From assembly GCA_965649765.1 (NCBI GenBank), contig OZ287748.1:52142001-52206000 (forward strand): a stretch of DNA of 64,000 nt, given 5' to 3'. The notes beneath the pieces were generated by a model. It was given only the letters and a program-made list of their open reading frames with translations, was not told the origin of the DNA and searched no databases. The stretch is from Bispira polyomma (Eukaryota). Position numbers and translations under genes: made by a program. Shown piece after piece: positions 12,674 to 24,689 of this stretch. Position 1 is the stretch's first letter; every line of letters begins with the position of its first letter.

Positions 12674-13699
12674 TGTTAGTGCTTTCTCACTTTTTTACAA
12701 TTGTGGTTATACATTGTTTTAGATTACTACATTTGTTGCTGTGTATTGTGAAAATTGTGATTATAGCTACGTATGTGGTTGGAATTGTCACATTTGTGGT
12801 TATAGCTACAGTTTAGTATTTGTTACATTTGCGGTATTTGGATTTACTACATTTGTGGTTATTATGTTTGTGGTTTGTCACTTTGTTACATTTGTGGCTA
12901 TAACTTTTTTTGAGATTACTACATATGTTGTCGGACATTGCTACATTTCTGGTTGTAGATACATATGTTGTTGGAAATTGTTACATTTGTGGTTATAGCT
13001 ACATTTGTAGTTTTTGTTACATTTATGATTGCCACACACGTTTTATTTTGTCTGGCTTATCGTATTTATAGAACTTTGTTTCAAGTTGCTTCAAAAAATT
13101 TTCGCTGGGTATTGGGCTGACCATAGATAGGTGATTCAACTTGGAAATTGCTAAAATCTTAATTACTGTAATTTTATCCAAAGGGGTTATCGTTGTCTTT
13201 CACCATCTTTTTAAAGTCTTGTCAATCTTGTGCAGAGCTTTGGGGTTGTTCAAGTCCGGAATTTTATCCAAATCGACACTAAAATCTATCCTTAATAACA
13301 AAAATTCTACCGTGTGCCAATATAATTTATAGTTTGTTTTCATGTTTTCCTTATAAAAACGTTTTCTTCCAATCCATTTCAAGTATTTAGGGCTGCTAAC
13401 AATGAACTCTCTGAGTCATCCATTATCAAAGTAGTGTCATCAGCAAATTGGATAATTTAAAACTTTTCGTTTCCAACAGAGATATTTACATACATTAACA
13501 AAAATTGTCAAAAAGATTTATCAAAGTATCTTGTATGAGCATGGGAGAAGCGTAAGAAGATTTTATTTAAATAGTTGTTTCATTGTGTATACTTGGTTAC
13601 ATACATGTATATTAAAGTATTTATGAATTTAAAATATGACCTTTAAATAACGCAGATATGTTTAAAGTGACATGTAAACCCATGTAAGGCTGGGTATGA

Positions 13700-14800
13700 A
13701 AAGGGAAATAACGTCTCGGCGATAATGAATTCAGTGCTAAGGTACCAGACTGTTTTATGGGGGGGGGGGGGGGGGATGCAAAGCTATAAAAGCCTCGCCC
13801 CTTTAAAATTATCCCGCCTTTTTCGTCGAGGAGTTTACAGAACAACAGGTTCAAAATATTTGGAAACAGGGCCGGCTATATTATATGTATTGGTTTTAAG
13901 TTTTTAGTGTTTTATAATTCATATTCTAGTCTTGCCTCGGGTTCTGGTCAATAGTAAAAAGTCAACTGTAGTAGATGTTTGAAACAGCACAGTCGCTCCA
14001 CTGGCAGAAATTGTACTGCTGTGCTGCCTGATTCAGCCAAGGAGTCCGACACCGTCTTCAGCGCCCAGCATGCTTCCTCTCCAGATGCTGAAACTATCGC
14101 AATGGCACAGGCCATACTGTTACCTTTGTTTCAGTACAAACTGCCAACTGCTTGGGTCCTCATGACAAATACCAGAATCGGGCAGGCATTTAAAAACATC
14201 CTTAATCTACTTGGTTTGAGCCAATCTGAGTTGACGTTCCATGCCTTCTGACATTTAGGTTTGCCTTTAATAACAATGTTAAGATACAAGACATTCAGAA
14301 GCATGGCACCTAGATGTCGGACTGCGTCTGGCGGTATATCACTGATTCTGCTCATGCTGGGTCTCAGGTACCAGATTGTTTTAAAAAGGTACTACAACAT
14401 TATTACTAATGGCATGGTGTTTGGCGGGCTGACATATTACATTTGTCAGTTAAATATATACTTTTATTAGAAATGTAAATATTACCAAATATTATCGAAA
14501 GGACTGTAAACAAAAATTATTGTCTTTTGGGCATAAGGTCATCTGATATTTACAGAGTACATAATGTACTCATTTAAATTCAAAGTGAACCTAATCTGAG
14601 AATCTGAGATTTACAGAGCACATAATGTGCTCATTCGAGTTCAAATTGTACTTAATCTAAAAATAAACACAAAATTAAGTAATCTTTAAAACTCAAGCTA
14701 AGATGACCTTTGCACCTTATGCTTAGGTGACATTACACCTGCAATTGAGGTAACCTCATACCCTAATTGAAAGTCAACTTTATATAAATTTAGTAGGATA
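13700..14800 (+). mobile_element. Heavily deleted Ngaro-like YR element (copy 2)
   Basis: YR C-terminus FNNNVKIQDIQKHGT*MSDCVWRYI (~14265-14400) nearly identical to copy 3; shared 5' motif TCCCGCCTTTT (~13812) and 3' GGGCATAAGGTC module; ends approximate. Confidence 0.8.
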
Positions 14801-15949
14801 TAGATGACATTTTTGCATAGGAGCACTATGACTCCATTATCAGTGATACTCTTATGGAACTAAGATGCATCATACATCGGCGAAAGTGCTGCTATTCAAT
14901 CACTGCCTCACACTTTTGGCAGATAAATTTGGTTAATTCTTTTTTGACAAATAAGCAATATTCGCAATAGATTTTCAACCATGCCTCACTTCTGCCCACC
15001 AACCGTTTCTAATCTGTTGCACTTCCAACTACTTTTAGAAAACGATGCATTAGTAACGATATTAACCTTTCCTTGTATTAAATTAGATGATCACTTCTCT
15101 TCCTCTTTTAACTTACCATATGGTCTGTCCTCTAGCATTTACTTTTTACATTCAATACACATCCCCTCACTACTGTTATTAATAATCACAGTATCAAACA
15201 CAACAGGAATGCTGATGACAATCAAGTCTATCTTTCTTCCAATGCTCATAATGCACATACAGATGTTAATCTACTTGCTGACTGTCTGCCCTCTGTCCAA
15301 GCGTGGATGTAACACTCCAAATTGAAATTTAATCCTGACAAAACTGAATTTATTCTCATTGGTACTAAAGTGGTGGTTCCACATTCAAGTTCGATCGACA
15401 AAATAGGCCCGACTTTAAAGTTGGGACGGTCAGGGGCAAAAAGTCGATAAAATCCATTTTTTAGGTGGGAAAATGAAAATGTGTCCCAACCTTGCCGATC
15501 GAACTGATTGTGCCCCATTTTGACGGGGCCATGATCACAACTGAACTTAAAGGTCCTACAATTTTGAATTCCTAGGTTCCCGGCCTTCCCGACCCTGGTA
15601 GGATCAAACTTAATGGCGATAGGATCTGACGTTTCGCCCGAAGATCGAACATATTGCCAATAGGATTTTAGACGGATTAGTGATCATGACCTATAGGATT
15701 GAACTTTTTAAAAATGAAGTCGGGACTGCTATAGAAATGCTTTCTGACCCTATAAATACCCTTTTTAGGCCCTAAAAGTTATGTAACATTGAGTAATTAA
15801 TTGAGTATAATGGCAGCAATCAATGAGAGAGAAGCTTTCAAAGAACTAGGGATTTTTTTAGTTGCATACAGGAATTTCTTCAGTTGTCTCTTGACCTATT
15901 CCAGGAAAAAAGGACAGGATAACACCCTGTGTGAAAAGAGGCACAACTT

Positions 15950-16830
15950 GGTACAGATGGCCCTTGGATGTTGGACTAAAACTTGAGGCACCTGGCCACC
16001 GGGGAGAGCTACAGTTTCCTGTCATATCGGTTCAGGGTGGAAAAATCAACCATCACAAAGTTCATCCTAGAGGTCTGTATGGCCATCATCAAGGAATACG
16101 AGACTGAAAATCTAGCCTGTCTAACCTCCCCCGCTGACTGGCTGAAACTGGAGGAAGTCTATAGAACCTGATGGAATGTACCTCATGCCTTGGGCTCTAT
16201 TGATGGAAAGCACTGTGAATTTTACAACTATAAGGGCTTCCACTCAATATTCGTCTTAGCCCTGGTTGATGCTGCTTACCGATTCATTTAGGTAGACGTT
16301 GGCTGCGATGGTTCCTGTTCAGACGCCCAAATTTTTAACCACTCAGAGGATCCGTTGGCCTGCTCAGACTAGCACCACTGTTTGAGGGATCATGATGTGA
16401 TGTTAGCTATTTTCTGCTGGAGGACGACGCCTTCGCCCTGAAGTCCTGGTTAATGAAGCCCTATTCACGGAGAGCTCTGACCAACCACCAAAGGATTTGT
16501 AATTACAGGATATCAAAGGGAAGAAGGGTGGTCGAGAATGCCTTCGGGATGTTGGTAAGCACATTCCAGCTTCTACTGACCACCGTGCAACAGCATCCTC
16601 TGGTTGCATCAAACCTGACTTTAACCTGGGTGATACTGCATAACATCGCAGCCCTGGAGAACCCCAACCCCCAAGATGATCCACCTAAGCCTGAGGAGAA
16701 CCTGATGGGGATCAACCCGGCAGAGAACACAGAAATGCAACTACAGGGGCAAAGGGACACATTGATGGACTACTTCATGAATGAGGGGCAGTCCTTTGGC
16801 AAAATGAGGGAATATAAACTTTTACCTGAG
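15950..16830 (+). pseudogene. Harbinger DDE transposase (HARBI1-like)
   Basis: LRHLATGESY..., [56 protein letters not shown]; in-frame stops. Confidence 0.9.
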
Positions 16831-17855
16831 AAGCCACCTGAGCCTGAGCCTAACCACTTGAGTCTGATGAAAATCCAATCTGAGCTGTGCTGTAACCAAA
16901 AAGGTCCTTTTTAGGACCACCCAAATATTTCAAGAACAATGCTATTTGTTACACCCCTCACCCCCTAACCCGAACACAACTCACACAAAACACTACCCCG
17001 GGTTCAAACCCACCATACATGTAATATTTTTGGGCCCACCACAGAAACATAGCAGACCCCTACCAAACTTGTAATTTTGATTGACCCAGACACACACACT
17101 GATAAAAGAAACCCCTTATTATAACAGATTCGAACCCAAGGCCCTACACTTACACTTACATTATAAATCTCTACTGGGGACCGCCATAATATATAACATA
17201 CAGATTTCCCCAGCAATAGATAGTTCATTGCCCATTCACTGTTATAGATCACTTTTTCAAAATTTGTCATTCGTGTGATCACTTGTTTGGGGACAAAACT
17301 GGGGTCAAACCCTAAAAGTGGTGTGACCACTTGTTTGGAAGAGAAATATCTCAGGAATTTGTTTATTTTTGTCTATAAGAAACTCTTTTTCATTGCACAA
17401 CTGTCAAAAGAGTTTCTTTTTTCTTTTTTTCTCAATTGTTTCCAAATCATTTTCTTTTCTCTTTTTTTTAAAATAAAAGTTATGGAAATAGGGACTTCTG
17501 ATCTCCATTTGGTTATTTTGTGAGCTGTCTTTGTTACTGTTACTGGGATATCTACTGTCATCTAATTTTTACTTGGGGTTTGAATTCTGGCCCAGTCACT
17601 TATTAATTTGGTCTGTATGTGTGTGAATTAGTATTGAAGGGACGGTGTAATCTGTTTGGGCTAATGTTTGGGTTTTGAGGTTTGGGCCAATGATATTTTT
17701 ATTTCTGTCTGTATGTGTGAATTGTTTTGAGGGGACAGTGTAATCTGTTTGTTTGGGATTATATTTTGGACTAATATTTTAGGCTTGAGGTTTGGGCCAA
17801 TGATATTTTAATTTCTGTGTGTTATTGCTATTGTTCTTGGAGGATTCGGGTGGTC

Positions 17856-19240
17856 CTAAAAAGGGCCGGAGGTGACGCTGGGTGGGGGACTCGAAACACA
17901 CACCCCTGGAGATTGCTGACTAGCTACTGAGGAGGTTGAGGAGGTTGAGGTTACTGTAGCAGGGGATCTGTCAGTTGCTGGACATTCACTGTCACTAGCT
18001 GTGATGGTTCTAACTGCACATCTGACGGTTGGGGTGATATGAGTCCTGTTGGTGTTGGGGGTAGCGACATCATATCCGTAATCCTGAGACATCTTCGCCT
18101 TCGTAGCAACCCCCGACTGATCATCCATAACGTAATAAGTAAGCGGCTTCTGACTCTGACACTGTATCACTTGATGTGAACCAGCCAGTTAGCTGTATCC
18201 AGCATGAGAAGTTGGGACTGCTGTGCTGGATGCTGAGGCTGGTGCGATTGAAGTTCAAACTGTTGCGAAGCAGTCTGGTAAAACTGGGGACTGTCCTCTC
18301 GAAGGCACTGCGAACCTGGCTTCTATCTTGTTGAATTATACTCAGGGTGGAAAAAGTCTCATTCCTAAAAGTCTGAAAGTCCCCCTCGTCCAGCTTCTTA
18401 GCTTCTGTTGCCAGGTATTGGAAGAAAGTGGCGCGGTTGGACTGTGGTTGTTCTGGTTTCTGGTTGAAGCTTGACATGATAGTCCTGAGATGTCCCAAAT
18501 ATTTCACTAAATGGCTGTTCATGTCAAAAACTTGACGGGTTGTTAAACTTTTTTGGGTGCTTCTCATGCTGTTTTCAGCTGCGCTATCCAAATCAACACT
18601 GGACCATCTGGAAATATCGTGAGTTGTCTCTGTAGAACAAGGTGGGGAAGCTCCCTGGGTGGATGATGTGGATGGCTTGACAGATGATGTGGGAAACGAT
18701 GTGGGATCCCAGGAATGAGAACCTACACATCAACCAATTCTCCCTCTCTACCATAAACTTCCTAAAACGCGTCCTCTGGGACTCGAACCATGTCTTCACT
18801 TCTTGCATCTTTAAGCCTCTGCTGGTAGCGAAATCTTGCCACAATCTTTCTTTAAGGGATCGATCCTTAAATTGTTCATGCCTCTTGTGGTATAGTACTT
18901 CGTTGTCCTTCACAAACTCAAATACGGCCTCCTTGTCCTCCTCTGTCAAAATGACATGGACCATCTTGCTGGCCTTCTTGACTCTACTGCAGTACTGAAA
19001 CGACTCCTTCAATTTCTGGAACAAATCCTTCAATCCCTCGGATGACTCCTTCAATCCCTCTTTCTCACTTCTCTCACTAGGGGTGTGGCTCTTTCTCTGG
19101 TCTCTCCTCTTTCTCTGTGCCTCCAACTCATCTGCAGAAATCCCTACTTCAAGCTCTGTCTCTCTCTCTGTGTCTCTTTCTTTACTTCTGTCTCCTTCAC
19201 TTCCACCTTTCTCTTCACCTTCCTCAATCTCGTCATCTCG
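17856..19240 (-). pseudogene. Harbinger accessory MADF/Myb-like DNA-binding protein
   Basis: LTEEDKEAVFEFVKDNEVLYHKRHEQFKDRSLKERLW...WFESQRTRF (MADF-like), followed by frameshifted low-complexity segments. Confidence 0.8.
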
Positions 19241-20656
19241 CTGATATATATGAATGTTGTGATATAAAAAAACTTATCAGTATATATAAATAATTACAAA
19301 CAATAAAAATCCCTTTTTACAAAAGCACAATTTCAAGTACCAGCCAGCAATCTCCAAATACAACGAGTCCAGTACTGACGGGATGTTTTTATACCCAAAC
19401 ACCCTGGAAAGCCCCAGTTCAATCCTATTGGTCGGGAGTGAATACATCAGATCCTATTACTAGTAAGTTCGATCGTATCCTCCCCCTGTTTGATCCTTTA
19501 CCTCTCCCGCCAGATCTTATAGCCAAAACGTTCTGTCCTACTCTGTTAAGTTCGATCGGGGTTAAAAAACCTATCAACTCCAAGTTCTGCCGGAGTCAGA
19601 GTTAGTTCGGTCGGGGCGCAATACGTCAGATCGGGACATGAGTAAGTTCGATCTTACTATTGGCCTCTTCTGTCGGATCTAAAAAGGGTGCATCTGAAAA
19701 GGATAGAACGGGCCAGAGATAGGACAGGCCTGGAGTGCGATAAGACCTATCAGACAGAACGTATTAACAATACGATGGAACTTATCCATCAATACGATTT
19801 GGAGGTCCAGGACGCAAGTCAGGACACTTTTTCAAAATATTCAACGTGTTGAATATTCTTGCCAATCTTCCGGACCAACCCGTTTTTGATCTCCGACCTT
19901 CCCGTACAGGCCCCGGACCTCAAAGTCGAGAAGGTCGGGGACCAAATCCTGATAGTGGAACCACCATTTAAGAAAGACAGTGATTTCTTAAGATAATTAT
20001 TCCCCATTACTGGGGAAATATACTACCTTTTGATAATCCCAAGAACCTTGGTGTCAATTTTGCCTTCTCTTTTGATACCCATATTGGCAACATCTGTAAG
20101 TAGTCCCTTGACTACTGCAATTCTCTTTTCTTGGGGTTAATATGTCACATATTAGCTGCAATCCATTCAAAACTATCTATGGAAGGTTATTCTTCGTCTG
20201 GGCACTCGTACCAATGTCACTCCATACCTCAAAAAAATACATTGACTTCCCATTCACCATAGAATTTTGTTTAAACTCCATGACACCACTTTCAAGGCTG
20301 TTGTCAGCCAACAGCCCCTTACCCAGAAAACACTATTTTCCATGGTAGGCAACTTTATTATTTTATACGTTTGTATATGCAATGCAATGCAATTCACAAT
20401 AGAGAGGACAAACTAATTAAAGTACTATTTAGAATGTAAATAAATTCTATCAAAATAAATTGAAAACAGATTTTACAAAACCCATTTTGACAAAAGTTCA
20501 AATATTTGATATCCCGAAACAGCTGCCCTAACCCAATGACTACAAATCACAACCTCCCCTCGGTTTTTTTAGGTTTTATAGTTTTGATTCCCCACAGAAT
20601 CCCCTCCAATAGGCAACATTTTATGTAAAACATTTAGGTCATGAACTATGTTAATT

Positions 20657-21290
20657 TTAGATAGGGGGAAGACTGACAACACCAGCAGGATGTGTGAGGT
20701 GGTCTTCTTTAAAGTTACACTGCATTAAACGGACACCTTTTTCCATTGTTTTTGAAAGGCCAGAAGCTACAAAATTGGACACAGACTTCTCCACTGTTGG
20801 GAGAGTTTTCTCTTCTACTCTTTGTGCAAAGTGTCTGTCAGTTCGCTCAATACACATGGCACATGATACTGGCCCTAGCACCTCACAAAAATGGCAGGCC
20901 GTCTCGTTCTTCTGCTGACATCTTTTAATTTTTTGTCGCTGTGCCCTCACTTTGTAGCCAGAGTGTTCCTTCACAAATAAATCTACCACTTCAGACACAG
21001 AGCCTCTTGGCTGATCCCGTGATGCCAGTCTTGGGGTGGGGTAGCTTGTGTTGAACATATTGACTGGTTCCTTGTACTCTTTTATCACATAGTGAGCCAG
21101 TCTCTTGTTCTCCATGTGGCTCTGTCTTCTATTCTGGTGGCCAGCTTCTTCACCAGACTCCCGGATGTAGAGTTTTTCCCTGGCACTGTCCAGGTTTATA
21201 CTGCTACAGTCTGTTAACTCTCTCTCCAAGGATTGTTCACCGCTAAGTATTCCGTCAACTAGTCTCTTATTCTTCATACAGTAGATTGTT
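20657..21290 (-). CDS. Putative last coding exon of an unidentified host gene
   Basis: Open frame to TAA at 20657; acceptor TTGTTTTACAG| ending at 21291; AATAAA at 20354-59 on the minus strand; Cys cluster CHFCEVLGPVSCAMC; no TE motifs recognised. Confidence 0.55.
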
Positions 21291-22256
21291 CTGTAAAACA
21301 ATATACACCTAGTTATGCTAGTATAATGGCTGATCTGGAATATTTTTTCAATTGTAACAGTATCATTTCCACAAATGTTAAATACAGGAAACACTTTGTT
21401 AAATACGGGGTATACTTTTGACATTTATGTCACACAATGCTTTAAATTTGGTTCACACATGGAAGGTGTGGCTGTGTTTCGGCCCCCCAGATGTATGTGT
21501 TTTTAGGCGGATTACCCATTTCTATCTTCCGTGATCATACATTGAAAAAGGTCAAAAATTATCTAATTTTCTAAAGATGTTTTTGGTTAATGTTGCTAGT
21601 TTTGTTGTGGATTTAGAAGGTATTGTTAAATATACACAAAGGTAATTACAAGTGTAATGCCTTAAGGGTAATCACATATACACAGGTTTTCATCAATGTT
21701 ACGTATTGTTGTGTTTAAGTTTGGCTTTGTTTTCTTTACATACTACCACAGCTCTGCTTGTTTAACCCTGGTTTGCTGTGGATTACCTAAGTAGGGAATT
21801 CGGTTATGTTACATAGACTAAAAAAATTGTGTTTGATTTTAGCAAGCTGGAGTTCGATCCTATCACCAGACTATGCACTGGATAGATTGCTTGTCCTCGT
21901 GGAATAAACCATGTGAATAATCTGTTTTCAACAGAATGGTTAGTCACTAGAAAAATAGTAAGAGTATTTGTTACAACATTTTTGTTTGATTTAACAGTTT
22001 TACTCTTAGGTCCAGCGTAGATTAACGTCAACAAACCTTCTGTTACCTAGCAAAACCAAAGAGAAGCAATCATCCTTTTTATTGAGGATATGTTTTTCCA
22101 CGTTTGATAAAGTTGGGGCTACATGAAAAACACGTTTTGGTGATCCAGGTTGTTTTAAGGATAATTAGAGATTATCTTAGCTGTAAAAATGAGCCATAAC
22201 GTGGGCCAAACTGTGTATGTGAGACGTAGCTTTTAGCTATACAGAAAAAGGCTGAC

Positions 22257-22481
22257 CCGTATTTAAGGTCCAGACTACACTGTCTTGGAAATGTTGGGGT
22301 GGTCACTTTCCAGGTCTGTGTTTCCTTCTTTTCACTAGTGGTCTGTCCTCTCAGTAAAGCCTTACACACACGGTCCTGAGCCGCCTTCCTGTTTTTGACA
22401 TATGGCAGTCTCTCTCCGTCCTCAGACATACTTCTGTATGCAGATCTCTGGGGTCCACTTACATCAATACCATCTTTTTCT
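22257..22481 (-). CDS. Putative upstream exon of the same host gene
   Basis: Open frame DGIDVSGPQRSAYRSMSEDGERLP...LDLKYG; donor GG|GTCAGC in phase 2 matches the phase-2 acceptor at 21290; weak acceptor TGTGCAG| ending at 22482. Confidence 0.45.
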
Positions 22482-23020
22482 CTGCACAGGCATCATATGT
22501 CCCCAAACTTACATAAACTATATTCCTATGTACAGATTTCATATGTCCAGCAACTTACATAATACTATGTTTCTTTGTACAAGCTTCATATGTCCAGACA
22601 CTCATGTAATACTATGTTTCTTTGTACAAGTCTCATATGTCCAGATACTCATGTAATACTATGTTTTTTTGTACAAGCTTCATATGTCCAGCAACTTACA
22701 TAATACTATGTTTCTTTGCACAAACTTCATATGTCCACATACTCATGTAATACTATGTTTCTTTGTACAAGCTTCATATGTCCACATACCCATGTAATAC
22801 TGTGTTTCTTTGTACAAGCTTCATATGTCCACATACTCATGTAATACTATGTTTCTTTGTACAAGCCCCATATGTCCACATACTCATGTAATACTGTGTT
22901 TCTTTGTACAAGCCTTTTATGTCCAGACACTCACATAATACTATTTTTCTTTGTACAAGCCTTTTATGTCCAGACACTCACATAATACTATGTTTTTCTG
23001 TACAAGCCCTATATGTCTGG
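22470..23020. repeat. 47-bp minisatellite, ~11 copies
   Basis: Unit AATACTATGTTTCTTTGTACAAGCTTCATATGTCCAGACACTCATGT (e.g. starts 22561, 22608). Confidence 0.9.
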
Positions 23021-24559
23021 ATACTTGGTTTCCGTTACACGCAAATTTAAAAAACACATTAGAAAATGAAAAATACATAGAAACCTGTTATATACCAAGT
23101 GTAAGGTCTGGTCCTCATAAGTGTCATAAGTAAATTATAAAGAAATCTAATAATGCATGCAGATTAGTTTGGCTCTGTGTAGTACACTAACTGGAGCCAC
23201 TGGTAATCACCACTCAATAAGCTAGCAAACCATTCAATTATTTGGGCTTTTCTTGGTTCTTATATCCCTAATGGATATTTGATCGCATAATACAAAATGA
23301 AATCATTCCAATATGTGTGTATGTAAACTGTCATCATCAAGCATAATAAAAATACCCTGTGTTTATTTTACTCTGTACTGAAATACAATATCAGATAATA
23401 ATAATAATATCCTCTGAGTTATCAAAAAAGGATTGCGACTAAATGTTTTTGTTTGAGTTTGAAGAGTCAGAAATGATAATGGAGAGTGAGCCACATTCTG
23501 TTCATATATTACCACTGATGACACCTTGATGCCTGAGTAAGGCCCAAAAACTCACCTAGCATTTGCGCTTGCGTTTGCGCCTGCGTTTGGGCTAGCGAGT
23601 ATATGTGCGTTTGAGATTTTAGGTTAACTAATTAAAGCTTTTTATCTCCGTTTTGTGTCTGACTTTGCATATGCATTATTTATTTATTTTAGACTACCCT
23701 GTGTTCTATATTAGAAACCAGCAAACAACAAAACAATGTAGCTTTTTTTTGGCAACGATGGCTGATGTGCGATGGCAAATTTTATCTCTTTATAAATGAT
23801 CTTTGTTTATTCACATTTCTACGGGAATATCAGAAACAGGACAAATACACCTGCTCAATTTCACTTCCGTTATCTATTTGCAATGGCCGCATCCGTCATC
23901 CCCCAAAATAAAGAACTAGAATATATCTGGTCAATGGCACTTCTGAATTGGGAACCTCAATTTAAAGATAGGTCTTGTGTAAAGAGTTTAAATTCCCTCT
24001 ATGTTAAAGTTACACCCCCCCCCCCCCCCCCCGCCCACCCCAGGTAACTTAAAATCGATTTTGATGTACCTTATGTTTAAGTTATTCCTTTTTGAAAAAA
24101 ATTTGGGGGTTACATCTCTTGTGTTATTATACAGAACAGGAGGTAATCTAAAATAGATCTTACGTTATACCACATTAAATGTGCCTTTGCAAAATAGGGG
24201 AAAAGGTAGGCATCGTCCTTCATATCAGACACCATTTGATTCTGCAAAATTGTCTTCTATGAGCTAAAATATGGAAAATTAATTTCCAGTCAAAAATTAA
24301 AGAAAGCCCTTTAGCTTTAAAATAAAGTCTAGCGAATTCCTGAAGCAACTAGTGAAATTTGATTCTACCTAGAATATCCAACGATAGTAAACATTCTTGG
24401 AATATGGTATACCAATATCAAAATATTACATTTTTTAAGCTTTTTTTGTTTTGTTTAACACTTAACCATTTATTATTCTTTTAATCACAGTTTTAAATTT
24501 ATTTAGCTTTTTGCCCAAGTGAGTATAATTCATTGATATCAGTTTTTAAACACCGGCCT

Positions 24560-24670
24560 CTCCTCAAACATATGATCAATGACGACACCATTGGCTTCCC
24601 TTAGCCTGACCCACTGCCCTACAGAGACATGCCATATTTTATAATTGCTGATGAAACTTTTGCCCTACTT
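24560..24670 (+). pseudogene. Harbinger transposase fragment
   Basis: LKHMINDDTIGFP*PDPLPYRDMPYFIIADETFAL. Confidence 0.6.
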
Positions 24671-24689
24671 CAGTAGCTTCTTATGCAAT

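Larger units (their letters stand above)
7329..13035. mobile_element. Non-autonomous DNA transposon with ~225-bp repetitive TIRs (unclassified)
   Basis: 7329-~7553 is the inverted copy of ~12815-13035, built from ACAAATGTA units; TSD ACACGTTT (7321-7328 / 13036-13043), or CACGTT if the termini are TGT..ACA; removing the element restores the LINE frame. Confidence 0.85.
5925..13490 (-). mobile_element. Tx1/L1-clade LINE ORF2 3' portion, 5'-truncated, interrupted at 7329-13035
   Basis: QFADDTT at ~13430-13450; KITVIKILAISKL...PDKIKRV|NITQ...ALKCTWIRRL is continuous across the insertion; C-terminal WFQYKVL...CRFCHLYPE...HLL..C..LW zinc-binding region. Confidence 0.85.
15369..19968. mobile_element. 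PIF/Harbinger DNA transposon 2 (near full length, decayed)
   Basis: TIRs (AG)TGGTGGTTCCAC / GTGGAACCACCA(TT); TAA TSD 15366-68 / 19969-71; two convergent genes. Confidence 0.92.
14840..20340 (+). mobile_element. L2 LINE ORF2 remnant, split by Harbinger 2
   Basis: NADDNQVY...KLKFNPDKTEFILIGT|KKDSDF continuous across the insertion; KNLGVNF, SPLDYCNSL downstream. Confidence 0.75.

Noticed and set aside
21804-21930. Possible intermediate exon of the minus-strand host gene
   Set aside because: Acceptor-like AG present but no compatible donor before a stop
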